Positions 12,829 to 26,400 of a stretch of DNA of 64,000 nt are shown in pieces. Numbering within the stretch: the stretch's first letter is position 1; each line of letters opens with the position of its first letter. The stretch comes from Mobula hypostoma. Lineage: Eukaryota. The notes beneath the pieces are model-generated. The model had not been told where the DNA came from. It saw only the letters and a list, made by a program, of their open reading frames with translations, and searched no databases. The stretch lies in NCBI RefSeq assembly GCF_963921235.1, contig NC_086097.1, positions 35,156,001 through 35,220,000 of the forward strand, written 5' to 3'. The position numbers were made by a program, and so were the translations under genes.

Positions 12829-15212
12829 TGTAAAAATATGTCAACTGCATACCTCATGACGCTACCACATAATATGTGCGCGCACCTCGCTTATAATAAA
12901 AATACAATGTACACAAGTTATCTCCCAGCTCCCTTGTTTTCCTTTCAATTAATTCTTATGTTTTGGAAAATACAAAACATAACAGTGGTGATGAGGTATT
13001 TCTAAAATGAATCCCAGATGACCACTTACCCGTTGGAGTGCAGCAAGATGTTTGAGATGAAAAAGAAGCGCAGAGAAACGGTCAAGTAAAAAAAAAGGAG
13101 AGCAGCACATTTTTTTTCTTCAGAGCAGCAAGTTTTCTTTACAAAAGGAAAAATGATCAAGTCAAAAAAGGCAGGAAATGGAAGAATTCATGGATTCATA
13201 AACAGTGAGTATAATAATCATTAAAAAAAACCAGCTGAAATGGCTGGCTACATGGGAAAGATTGACGTGTTTGATTCCACAACAGGTAACTGGATTTTGT
13301 ATACTGAGTGAATTGAGCAGTATTTTGAAGCAAATGAAATAGCCAGTATGAAAAGTGTAGCAATTTTGCAAAGTGCATTGTGTTTAAAAGCATACCGTTT
13401 GCTTCGAAGTTTAACTGCTCCAGCCAAACCAGACAAAATGAGCTTTGCTGTATTGTAAAAGTAATAGAAGAAAATTTAGAACTAAACCTATAATTGATTC
13501 AAAATACTTGGGTTTCATAAGTGGAATCAGAAAGGAGGGGAGTCCATTTCACCACATGTGGCTGAATTGAAGAGATTGAGCATTGTCAGTTGGGTAATGG
13601 GCTTAATGATGTACTGAGAGATCACTTAGTTTGTGGAATCTTACAAGAAAACATTCAAAACAGCCCCTAGCTGAAGCACAACTTACTTTTAAAAGAGCAG
13701 TTGAAATAGCTGTATCAATGGAAACAGCAGTCAGTGATGCAACTGAGTTGCAGTCAGCAATGGACGTTGCAACAAATTTTCAACATCTAAACAGAAACTG
13801 GCATGGCAGGACAAATTGTGTTACTGTTGTGGCAGGGGCTCACATACACCAGCCCAATGCAGATTTAAGGGTGAAACTTGCAGAAAATGCAACAAAGTAG
13901 GACACATACAAAAAGCTTGTTGGCCAGACTGAAATCAATGGACTGAACAGGGAAGACATAAAGATAAAAAGTCAAGTTACAGTCTCAAAAGGAGCACTGA
14001 TCTGCATGCCATTGATGAAAAATCTGATAATGATGAGTGTGATACAGGACTGCGTATCCTTGAGATTTACAGTGTGAAAACTAAGAGTACGGCTTACATC
14101 AGAATTGAATAGCAAATTAATTAAACTGGAATTGGACAATGGATTGGCTGTTTCAGTCATTCCACTCAAAGAGTCTGAGTTGCATTTTGCAGTAACTGAA
14201 CTAAAGTCTGCAGATATCCAACTAAGAATTTATACTAGAGAAAAGATTGGAGATCCAGCCACCATTTCCATGCCACATCCCCTGCAATAAAATCAACTGC
14301 AAGTGAGATAAGAAAGATACTGGATGATGCCACAGCAGTGTTCAAGGATGGCACTGGCAAACTCAAACATATCCGGGATAAAATAGCATTAAATGAAAAT
14401 GCCACACCTAAATTTTGCAAAGACAGTCTGGTTCCTTATACCATCCGTGATAAAGTAGCCGGAGAGCTAGATGGCATAAAAGCTGAAAGAACTTCTCTCC
14501 AAGGTTAAGTGGAGCCTATTGGAAATGCTGGTCATCCCAGAAGACAAGAAGAATGGGTCTGTCAGGATCTGTGGTGATTTTAAGGTCACCATCAACCCAG
14601 TACTAAAAGTGGATCAATACCCTCTGCCCAGGATAGGGGATATCTTTGTAAGCCTCTCTGGGAGAAAACACTTCAGCAAAGTGGACTTAGCTGAGGACCA
14701 CGTACAGATGGAGACACAAGAAGAGCTCAAAGTGTTTCTCACCATAAATAGTCACAAAGGGCTTTACTGCTTTAATAGGCTTATTTTTGGAGTCGCATCT
14801 GGCAGAAGCTGTAATCAGGTGCTGCGAGCCCGCCCAGGCACTCATTGTTACCTTGGTGACATCATTACGATTGGTAAGGATGACAAGGAACATCGTCAAA
14901 GTCTTAAGGCAGTGTTAAAAAGATTAGAGCACAGTGATGTAACAAGAATGAATTCTTTAAACCAGGCACAAGAATTACACAAGTGTGCTGAGAAAATTCA
15001 AGCAGTGGTGGATGTTCCATGGCCAAAGTACATGCCACACTTGTGGTCCTTTTTAGGATTAGTTAATTACTATGACAGGTTCCTGCCACTAGCTGCTGTC
15101 ATTTGAACTCATTACTACAGATTGGGAAGAAACAGCAATGGACAAAGCAGTGTGAGGAGTCTTCAGAAAGGTAAAGGAAATGGTGATTCAAACACACATT
15201 ATGATGCATATG

Positions 15213-16156
15213 GAGTCAGAGAGTCATGGAGAAGTACAGCTCAGAAGCAGACCCTTCGGCTCATCTAGTCTGTGCCAAACTATTTAAACTGTCTACTTCC
15301 ATTGACCTGCACCGGGACCATAGGCCTGCATATCCCTACAATCCATGTACATATCCAAACCTCCCTTAAACGTTGAAATTAAGCTCGCATGCATCACTGG
15401 CTCTGGTGGCTGGTTCCACACTCTCACCACCCTCTGTGAAGAAGTTTCCTGCCATGTTCCCCTTAAATTTTCACCTTTCACCTTTAACCCATAACCTCTA
15501 GTTGTAGTTCCATCCAACCTCAGTGGGAAAAAGCCTGCGTGCATTTACCCTATCTATAACCCTCATAATTTTGTACACCTCTATCAAATCTCTCAGTCTT
15601 CTATGCTCCATATAAAGTCCTGACCTATTCAATCTTCCCATAGAACTCAGTTCTTCCAGACTGGGCAAGATCCTTGTAAATTTTCTCTGTATTCTTTCAA
15701 CCTTGTTTACATCTTTCCTGTAGGTAGATGACCAAAATTGCACACAATACTCCAAATTAAGCCTCACCAATGTCTTATACAACTTGAGCATAACATCCCA
15801 TCTGTTGTACTCAGTACTTTGATTTATGAAGGCCAATGTGCCAAAAGCTTTCTTTACGAGCCTATCTACCTGTAACATCACTTTCAATGAATTATAGACC
15901 AGTATTCCTAGATTCTTTTGTACTACCACATTCCTCAGTGCCCTACCGTTCACTGTGTAAGATTTACCCTGGCTGGTCCTACTGAAGTGCAAAACCTCGC
16001 GCTTGTTTGCATTGAATTCCATCTGCCATTTTTCAACCCATTTTTCCAGCTGGTCCAAATCACACTGTAGGCCGTGATAGCCTTCCTCGCTACACCCCAA
16101 CTATACCCTCAATCTTAGTGTCATCCGCAAATTTGCTGATCCAGTTAACCACGTCG
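15213..16156 (-). mobile_element. 5'-truncated CR1 LINE inserted in Gypsy pol
   Basis: 200-aa RT C-terminus (WQMEFN, LEYCVQFWS). Confidence 0.9.
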
Positions 16157-16861
16157 TCCAGTGAGGCTGTTTGGGATGGCAACACATCCAGAGGAAAGGT
16201 GTCCAGAGCTGTCAGAACCACTCCCTGCAGTCCCAGAGTCAACTCCTACAACCACCACGGAGGAGGCCCCAGAACCTGAGATTGTTTCACAGCCACAATC
16301 TCACCTGCCAAGCAGAGTGATCACCGTTATCAGGAAACACGTTATGCCACAAAAGTAAGAAAGCCTCCGCAGCAATTAAATCTTTAGGCCTGAGTGGGAC
16401 CATTTTAACTTTACAATGTTTCTAGATGACTATATAGTAGTTGTATTATATTATATAGTATACTGTTTATATAGTTGAGGTGCATTCTATATTGAGTTGG
16501 AGTTTATAGCTAAGTAGGGAGGAGTGTTGTGTATTTAATATTTCCTGTAATATTTGAGAAATATTGTAAATATATTGTTTGACTAAGCATTCCTTAGTTG
16601 CTTAAATAATTCATTACGTTATATGTAAAAATACGTGATTTACGTACGTCATAACACTACCGCATGATACGTAACCATCTCACTTAAAATAAAAATGAAC
16701 ATACACAAGTTATCTCGTGGCTCCCTTGTTTTCCTTTTAATTAGTTTTTATGCTTTAGCAACCAAAAACAGGAAGTTTGTGTGGTGAAGTACATGAGAAA
16801 TGGTAGGACAAGGAAGGTACTTCTCGTTGTCCACGGGAATGGTACCGGAGGATTGGAGGGA

Positions 16862-16954
16862 GGCTTATATGGGAGGCAGGGTTTGAGGGTCGGCACAACA
16901 TTGTGGGCCGAAGGGCCTGTACTGTGCTGTACTATTCTGTGTTCTATGTTCTAT
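16862..16954 (+). mobile_element. Very short 3' end of the young CR1 subfamily
   Basis: Matches 955-1030; (ttctatg)n tail. Confidence 0.85.
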
Positions 16955-17359
16955 GAACACTGTTGATGGCAACAAAGGAGATTGAAAAGAAACGTCCTGC
17001 CACTGGAAGAGAGTGGACAGTCTTTGTTTTGGAAAATCATTTCAATCAATAAGTAAAATGAACGTTGTAAGTCCTGCAGTGGATAAGAAGCCAATTGTGA
17101 GGCAGAACAGTTTCAGATTCAGAATACCGTATGCTGTAGCTGCTGCCATCTTAATTCTCAGGAGGATATCCCAAAGCAAACTATTAATCTTCATAGAGTA
17201 CAGTTAAAATCAAGGGTAATAGCATTTGGCAGATGGAACTAAATAATGTTCATTGTGTCAGCATAATGAAGATTGCTTCAATTCAAAAAGTCACTTCGGT
17301 CACAAATGAATATGGAAATGTCTTTCCAGGAATTAGGGAGCAGATGCCTTTGAGTTATA

Positions 17360-17665
17360 GTCATAGAGACATAGTGTTACAGAGAATGGAAAGATGCCTT
17401 TTGGCCCAACATGTCCATGCTGACCAAATTGTCTACCAAGCTCATTCCTTTTCCCTGTGTATGGCATATATTCCTCTAAACCTTTCCTATCCATGTACCT
17501 GGCGATTGAAATTGAACCCACCTCTGTTGCCTACTCTGGCAACTCATTCCATTTACCCATGACCCACTGTCTGGAAAAACCTGGCCTTCAGGTTCCCTTT
17601 AATTTTCTGTCCTTTCACTGTAAATCTATGCACTCTAGTTTCAGACTCTCCCATCTGGTGTAAAC
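17360..17665 (-). mobile_element. Old CR1 3' fragment
   Basis: Similar to 15213-15540. Confidence 0.65.
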
Positions 17666-17860
17666 AACAGGGACAGCCTCAGAATAGATGTCCCTTTAGA
17701 ACAAAGATGAGGAGGTATTTCTTAGTCAGAAGGTGGTGAATTCATTGCCAGAGATGGCTGTGGAAGCCAAGTCATTGAGTATAATTAAAGCAGAGGTTGA
17801 TAGGTTCTTGATTAGAAAGAACAACAAACATTGTGGGAAGAAGGCAGGAGAATGGGGTTA

Positions 17861-19341
17861 ATAGAACATAGAACATAGATTAGTACAGCACGTTACAGGC
17901 CCTTCAGCCCACAATGTTGTGCCGACCCTCAAACCCTGCCTGCCATATAAGCCCCCATCTTAAATTCCTCCATATACCTGTCTAGTAGTCTCTTAAACTT
18001 CACTAGTGTATCTGCTTCCACCACTGACTCAGGCAGTGCATTCTACGCACCAACCACTCTCTGAGTAAAAAACCTTCCTCTAATATTCCCCTTGAACTTC
18101 CCACCCCTTACCTTAAAGCCATGTCGTCTTGTATTGAGCAGTGGTGCCCTGGGGAAGAGGCGCTGGCTATCCACTCTATCTATTCCTCTTATTATCTTGT
18201 ACACCTCTGTCATGTCTCCTCTCATCCTCCTTCTCTCCAAAGAGTAAAGCCCTAGCTCCCTTAATCTCTGATCATAATCCATACTCTCCAAACCAGGCAG
18301 CATCCTGGTAAATCTTCTCTGTACCCTTTCCAATGCTTCCACGTCCTTCCTATAGTGAGGTGACCAGAACTGGACACAGTACTCCAAGTGTGGCCTAACC
18401 AGAGGTTTACAGAGCTGCATCATTACATCACGACTCTTAAACTCTATCCCTCGACTTATGAGAGCTAACACCCCATAAGCTTTCTTAACTACCCTATCTA
18501 CCTGTGAGGCAACTTTCAGGGATCTGTGGACATGTACCCCCAGATCCCTCTGCTCCTCCACACTACCAAGTATCCTGCCATTTACTTTGTAATCTGCCTT
18601 GGAGTTTGTCCTTCCAAAGTGTACCACCTCACACTTCTCCGGGTTGAACTCCATCTGCCATTTCTCTGCCCACTTCTGTATCCTATCAATGTCTCTCTGC
18701 AATCTTCAACAATCCTCTACACTACCTACAACACCACCAACCTTTGTGTCATCTGCAAATTTGCCAACCCACCCTTCTACCCCCACATCCAGGTCGTTAA
18801 TAAAAATCACGAAAATAGAGGTCCCAGAACTGATCCTTGTGGGACACCACTAGTCACAAACCTCCAATCTGAATGTACTCCCTCCACCACGACCCTCTGC
18901 CTTCTGCAGGCAAGCCAATTCTGAATCCACCTGGCCAAACTTCCCTGGATCCCATGCCTTCTGACTTTCTGAATAAGCCTACTGTGTGGAACCTTGTCAA
19001 ATGCCTTACTAAAATCCATATAGATCACATCCACTGCACTACCCTCATCTATATGCCTGGTCACCTCCTCAAAGAACTCTATCAGGCTTGTTAGACACGA
19101 TCTGCTCTTCACAAAGCCATGCTGACTGTCCCTGATCAGACCATGATTCTCTAAATGCCCAGAGATCGTATCTCTAAGAACCTTTTCCAACAGCTTTCCC
19201 ACCACAGACATAAGGCTCACTGGTCTATAATTACCCGGACTATCCCTACTACCTTTTTTGAACAAGGGGACAACATTTGCCTCCCTCCAATCCTCCGGTA
19301 CCATTCCCGTGGACAACAAGGACATAAAGATCCTAGCCAGA
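17861..19341 (-). mobile_element. Young 5'-truncated CR1 LINE nested in an older + strand CR1 tail (17666-17860 + 19350-19427)
   Basis: RT motifs YMDFSKAFDKVPH, GVPQGSVLGP; (atagaac)n tail. Confidence 0.95.
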
Positions 19342-20316
19342 TATTTTCCTAATAATGGGGAAAATAAATCAACCGTGGAGGAGACTCAATGGCCTGAATA
19401 GCCTAGTTCTGCTCCTATGTCTTATGAACACTAAAACTGATTAGCCTCACCTTTCTAATATCACCTAACTCTGGTGCTGTCTCAGGACACTGCATCTGTT
19501 GCCAAAGTTTCCCATGTCAACGTGACCTGAAGAATTTATTATTCCATTACTAGCAGGAGTAATTTTCTTTTTCAAAGCATGGGCAGAAGACTGGCAGGAT
19601 AGATCACCTAAACTTTAAAGTATGGGCACAATTTTCATCCCATAAAGGGAAAATAAAATTTGAAGCTTCCTTGTACTGCACTTTGTCTGTTTGCCTTTGA
19701 GCTACTGAGAACTAAATTTCACAGTAATGGTAATGTCACTCCAAAGGCCGTTAAATGATGTTCCCAGAAGTTAGTTTCCTTTGATTGCTGAAGGTGTGAG
19801 AAATACACAGCGTTGCATTGCCTGACATAACACCATCTTTACTTTCACTGTTGTTATTTTGTTAAAGCAAAGTTTGATGTGAACTTACTGTCTCATAGAG
19901 ATAAGTTTGTCCTCCGAACAGAAAAATGCACTTAGAAGATTAAAATTACTTTCAGTGTCATATAGAAATAATTTGAACAAAATCTGATTTATTGCATATA
20001 TTACATCATTGGCCATTATTTTATGACAGTAAGGTGAAATGAGGGTTAATGTTTATAAATGGCATATAGTGTTGATTTAAAGATGTGTATGGGGGATGTA
20101 CTGTATAATAATTACATTCTATTTTCTGAGAGGGCCATTTGGATGAAAATCTGTCACTGCATTAATATTAGAGGAGCCTTTTCCTCTTTAATTTCCTCTT
20201 TTGGACCAATCAAACATCTTAGAGCAATTGACAAGACTGAAGTTAGTCTGCCATGTATGGTCGATATGTGGCCACAACGAAAACCACTCAGTGCCTATCA
20301 GTGCCGGACTCCAGAC

Positions 20317-20419
20317 TGAGGTCAACGGTCTGACCTGTTGTCGGATTCTGTGCGATTCGGCGTTCAGAGTCACACTCTTGAGGTCATATGACCGGTCTTG
20401 ACGTACGCTGCTGATGTCA
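20317..20419. promoter_or_regulatory. Candidate intronic enhancer: nuclear-receptor half-site palindromes and CRE-like sites
   Basis: AGGTCA-n6-TGACCT, AGGTCA-n2-TGACCG, TGACGTA, TGATGTCA in a CpG-retaining patch. Confidence 0.3.
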
Positions 20420-21599
20420 GAATTAAAGCTGCATTCATTCCAAAACCCTGCTCTCCTGATGCGATCATCATCTAACCATTTGATTAAAAGATTCATTCTT
20501 ATTTTCAACTATTGCATTATGTGTAAATTATATGACTGGGTTTACAAAATGTATCATTTGAAGTGGGCTTAAGTAAAGTAGATTGGCTTTTGAAGTTTGC
20601 TAGAATATTTCTGGAATGCACTTCTGCTGGGAACAAAAGCTACTCATATAAGCGCTATCTGGATGAGAACTTGATTGATTACTATGGAATGTTATTTGAT
20701 GGTTGGCATCGACACGATGGGCCAAAGGGCTTGTATCTGTGCTGTGGAACTCCTTGACTCTAATGTGGATATGATACCCATTGATTTCAATGCGGTCGTC
20801 AATGTTTGCCCAGAAATCCCCAGTAGTTGGCATTTGACCTTACATTAGGTTTGCAACGTATGCCTTCCATTTACTGATTTAATCTGAATAGTGCAGGCTA
20901 AGTATACAAACCCCAAGAATCGAAGAAACAGCGTTGTAATTAATAGCAACACGAAGATGCACACAGATTGATTCCGCTGCTGATAAGCTGGTGCCACTGT
21001 GGCCAGAGATGGCAGGGCATCCACTGGGTGTCACTGCACAGGGAGGGAGCAAATGAAAAAGGTTATTGTATTTGAGGTTCTACGATTGACAGTTAACAGC
21101 AAGAGATATGGCATGGGAAAGATTGCATCCTGAGATATCAGATACGTGCTTTGCAAGAAAAAATTAATTGGTAAAAAGTTTGCATTTTTCATTTTCCTTG
21201 GTTTCAAAATTTAATTTCAAGTAGTTTTTGAGCTGTTTTCTGTTTATACCATTATAATCTGGGGATAGCTTTGCAATGTTTAGACTGTCAGGTCACCTGA
21301 TTAGATGGTTTACTAAACACAAAACATGCTAATTTTTTTTTGATTTGGTTCATTGTAACACTGATTGGTGTATTTATTCGCTGGATCTTTCAGATGTTTA
21401 GAATATTGTTTTTTTATCCCTCTTATTAAATAGGTAAATTCCTTTATTATTGTCACATGTACTGAGCTACAGCGAAAAACTTGTCCTGCATGCCACTCAC
21501 ACAGATTGATTCATTACAAAAATGCATTGAGGTAGCACAAGGTAAACCAGTAACAGAATGAAGTGATAACAGTACAGAGAAAGTGCGATTACACGAGTC

Positions 21600-21945
21600 G
21601 AGTGTATCGTTCTTCTGAGGCGTTATTCCCTTAATGCCTGTGCGTGACTTTGTTTACCATGGGGAGGCTGATGTATGGGCAGCCACCAAGCGGTCCTTAA
21701 TAGTCCTGGGTCAGGGTCCATGGAATGCAAGATGACTCTGGACCCTTCACTGCTGTTGTGATGTGTCATCATTTTTGCCAGCTCCACTGCTGATGTATTT
21801 GTTGGATTGCTCTTTGTCTGGAACCTCACCCTTAATATTACCACCAGAGGTGACCCTACCAGGAGCTAAGCTCCAGACTATGTCACTCTTCGATCTGAGG
21901 AACGCACAAAGCCTCTCCAAAACAACAAGTTGACGATCCTTGGTG
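21600..21945. mobile_element. Unclassified interspersed repeat (possibly RTE-related), within Rex-type fragments
   Basis: Similar to 6270-6440 + 7803-7870. Confidence 0.5.
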
Positions 21946-22129
21946 CAGATAGACATAAGGTGCAAGGCCCAATGAGGAGACCATGAGGCCAAGTCCATTT
22001 TATCGTAGCAGGGAAATATTCAATAGACATAACAGTGGTATAGAAGCTGAGGTTGAGTCTGGTGGTATGTGTTTTCAGGCTTTTGTATCTAATATCCAGT
22101 GGGAAGTTGGAGAGGACAGAAGAGAGTCA

Positions 22130-23075
22130 CAGGGTGCATTATCCAGTGACCCTGTAATCTCTGTCTCAGAGGACGACATCAGAATGTCTTTCAGGAGGGT
22201 GAACCCTCACAAGGCTTCAGGCTCCAATGTTGTACCTGGTAAGGCTCTGAAAATCTGTGCCAACCCTCTGGCGGGTGTGTTCAAAGACATTGCTACAGTC
22301 GAAAGTTTCCACCTGCTTCAAAAGGGCAACAATCATACCAGTGCCCAAGAAGAGCAGGTTGAGCTGCCTTAACGATTATCATCCAGTAGCACATCTACAA
22401 TGATGAAGTGCTTTGAGAGGTTGGTCATGGCCAGAATCAACTCTTGCCTAAGCAAGGACCTGGACCCACTGCAATTTGCATATTGCCACAACAGGTCTAC
22501 AGAGGATGTGACATCATTGGCTGTTCACACAGTCTTGGATCACATGGACGGTACCTGTACTTACATCAGGCTGCTGTTTATTGACTACATCTCAGCATTT
22601 AACAAAATCGTTCTGACAGTTCTGATTAAAAAGCCCCAAACCTTGGGCCTCTGTACCTCTCTCTGCAACTGAATCCTCGACTTTCTCACTGGAAGACCAC
22701 TCTCTGTGCCATTTCTATCTTCCCCTCTGCCATCAGGTTTCTGAATGGGGATTGAACTCATGAAAACGACCTCACTACATTTTTGTTCTCTTTTTGCACT
22801 ACTTGTTTAATATAACTTTTCTCAAATATACATTTACAGTATGTACTTCTGACTGATATTTACAGTTTTTATTTTGCCTGGAAGAAGGCAATGGCAAACC
22901 ACTTCTGTAGAAAACTTTGCCAAGAACAATCATGGCCATAATCATGATGGCCTATGTCATGTGACACAACACATAATGATGATGATGGTGACGATTATTA
23001 TATATTTCCATGTACTGCTGTCATATAACAACACATTTCATAGCATATGCCAGTGGTTTTAAACCTGATTCTGAA
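22130..23075 (+). mobile_element. Internally deleted Rex1/Babar-type LINE
   Basis: LDPLQFAY, LLFIDYISAFN; joined to a 3' tail. Confidence 0.75.
22875..22993 (+). mobile_element. Short RTE/BovB-like 3' end with (TGA)n tail
   Basis: gaagaaggcaatggcaaaccact motif recalled from RTE-BovB/Sauria-type 3' ends. Confidence 0.55.
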
Positions 23076-23445
23076 TATTCAGAGTGGCTGGGGTCTTTGA
23101 TTATGATGGATATGTCAACGAGACAATGAGGAGTATAGTCAGAGTCCATGGAGTAGAGGTTGGCTCCTGTGATGTGCTGAGCTGTGTCCACAACTCTGCA
23201 GTTTCCTGCAGTCATGTGCAGAGCAGTTGCTGTACCAAGCTGTGGATGCATCTGGATAGGATGCTTTCCGTGCTGCAACATTAAAAATTACGATTAAATT
23301 TACTGCTGTTAAATACAATGGATTCTGGTTAATTGGGATGCATTAGTATATTTTGGCATGATTAAGTAGCTGCACCAATTAGTCTAAATTTCATGGAGAT
23401 AGTTAAAAAAGAGAAACTACCATTTAACTGCTTAACAAATTACTC

Positions 23446-26400
23446 AGGAATGAAAATTACAGTGGAATGCATGTACCTCTACCCAGCATTTTGTTAGCAA
23501 ATGTACAGCTGCTGGAGAGCAAGACTGAGGACTTAAGATTGCTGTACTGGAGGGAAATGAGGAATTGCTGTGTTTTGTGTTTCATGGAGACATGGCTCAC
23601 TCTGGACACACCAGATATGTAGTTAAGACTCAAAGACAGAGGATAGACTGGACTGCTGATTCGGAGAAGGCAATAGGTGAAGGTTTGTGCCTCACAATAA
23701 ACTCTCTTTGGCGCTCGGACACAGCAGTGTTGTCGCACTCTTGCTCCCCCACCTGGAACATCTAATGATTAAGTGCCGACCATCCTACTTACCAAGAAAG
23801 TTCTCATCTGTGACTTAACTGCAGGTTACATTCTGCCAACAGCTGATGTTAATCAAGCACTCGAGGTATTAAATGCTGCATGACCAAACAAGAAACAGTC
23901 CACCCTGATGCCTTTCAAATCATAGTCGGGAACTTCAGTCAGGCTTGTTTGGAGAAATCTCTGCCCAGTTATCATCAGTATACAACCTGAAGCACAAAGG
24001 GTCCCAACCCACTCGACCTCTGCTGTGCTACAATAAGATATGCCTACTGTTTCATGCCTAGACTGCATTTCAGGAAATCTGATCACTTGACTGCCCTTCT
24101 CCTACCTGCCTACAGACAGAGGCTAAAGAGCAAGGCTCCAGAGATAAGGATAACAAAGAGGAGGTTATTGGAGGCAGAGGAGTGACTACAGGATTGGGCT
24201 GTGTTCAAGGACTCACCAGTGGATCTGAATGAATACACCATGGTTGTCACGGAGCTTTTTAAAGCAATCATAGCTATGTGTCTCCCCACAAAATCATTCA
24301 GAGTCTTCCCCAACCAGAAGCTGTGGATGAACCATGAGCTCCACAATCTGCTGAGGGCCAGATCAGTGGTGTTCAGGTCTGGCAACCAAGTAGGATACAA
24401 GAGGGCCAGGTACGGTCTTCAGAAAGCCATCTCACACGCGAAGAGGTGATTCTGGACCAAACTTGAATCTCTGAGGAATGCAGCTGTGACAGGGCTTGAA
24501 TGCTATCACCTCTCACAAAGTGATATCAAGTGACATTGGTAACAAGAAGGCATCGCTCCAAGACTCTTGCTTCTATTCTTGCTTTAACCATCAAAACATG
24601 GAGGAACCTTCATGAACCCCCACAGTCCCTGATGACCCTTTGCTTTCTCTCTCTGAGGCCAACGTGACAGCATCCTTCAGGAGGGTGAACCAGCAGAAAA
24701 CACCCAAATCAGATGTTGTTCCTGGATATGTACTAGAGACCTGCACTGATCAACTGGCTGGAGTATTCACCAACATCCTTAACCTTTTGCTTCGGCAGTC
24801 TGAGGTACCCACCTACTTCAAGCAGGCTTCAATTATATCAGTACCTAAGAAGAACATAGTAACCTGCTACAAAGACTATCATTTATAGTGCTTACATTCA
24901 ATGTGATGACGTGCCTTGAGGTGATGAAACATGGCAACTCCTGGCTGAGATGTGACTTGGATCTGCTCCAATTGGCTACCATCACAACAGGTCCACAGCA
25001 GATGCTATTTTATTGGCTCTCCACTCAACCCTGGAACATCTGGACAGCAACAATGCATACAATGCCTGGAAAAGTATTCAACCCTGACAACTATTTTCAC
25101 AATTTACTGTCTCATTTTCTAAATTTAAAATATATTGAAGTGGGATTTTTGAGGTAATCTACAAGACATTGTGTATTATGTCAAATCAAAAGAAAAATTA
25201 CAAAACCTCTCAACAATTTACTGACGATTAAAAACCAAAATTTTGAGGCTGAAAAAGTATTTAACCCCTTTGTAATTACTGTGCTAACTTTCCTCAAGGT
25301 ACAATACTATATATTACCTTACCAACTCCTCAATTTGTTGATGTAGAAAATTGGAGAATCACCTGAATAAATACCCCCTCTCTCTATAAGGTCCAACAGT
25401 CTGGTAGATTTTCAACAGACCAAACCAAAATGAAGACAAAAGACGAGTCAGAGAAATGCTAATAGAGAAGTGTGCATCGTGTGAAGGGTGCAGGACCATC
25501 TCAAAGGCACTGAACATACCTCGGAGCTCAGTGCAGTCCATCATGAAAAGGTGAAGGTATATGAAATCACAGACACACTGCCTAGATCAGACCACCCCTC
25601 TAAACTTACCCACTGCAGACGAAAGGCACTTGTAAGAGAGGCTACCGTGACTTCAACAATCACTCTGATTGACTTAGGGAAGTCAGTAGCTGCAACCGGA
25701 GATGAAGTTCCTGTCTCCACAATCTCTAAGGTCTTGCACAAAAAGGGTATTGATGGAGGAGAGGCAAGGGAAAACCCTGGTTAAAAAAGCACATCCTTGC
25801 CTGTAAAGTCTTTGCAAAGCGTCACTTAGTAGATACTGTAAAGATGTGAAAGAAGGACTTGTGGTCAGATGAATGTAAAATGGAACTTTTTGGTGTAAAT
25901 CTAATACTGTGCATCAGCCAGGTAACACCATCCCCACTTTAAAGTCTGGTGGAGATAGCGTCGTGCAAAGGGGATGCTTTTCAGCAGCATAGACTGGAAA
26001 TCTGGGCATGATTGATATGAAGATGAATGCTGCTAAATACAGAGAGATCCTGGATAAAAATCTGCCAGAAATCTTAAACTGGAGAGGAAGTTCATCTTTC
26101 AGCAGGACAACATCCCAAAGCACACCGCCAGAGCAACCAAGGAGTGGCTTCAAATGAAGGAAATTGATGTCCTTGAGTGGCCCAGAGTTCTGAGCTTAAC
26201 CCAATGGAATGTCTCTGGCAAGACCTCAACATTGCTGTGCACCTCTACTCTCCAACTAACCTGGCACATCTTGAGGGATTTTGTAAGGAAGATTAAGGAG
26301 AAATCTTGCTCCATCACATTGTGCAATGCTGATATAGACATCCAAAACGGCTGCTGGATGTAATAGCTGCCAGAGGTGGTTCAACTACTGTAAGTGCTGA

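Larger units (their letters stand above)
12536..16770 (+). mobile_element. Decayed Gypsy LTR retrotransposon with two LTRs (12536-12984 and 16525-16770)
   Basis: TGTTG..ACA LTR pair; PBS-like tggtgatgagg at 12986; PPT agggaggag before 16525; gag with two Cys/His knuckles; protease LELDNG; RT ICGDFK..YPLPRI..YLGDI; most of RNase H/integrase deleted. Confidence 0.9.
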
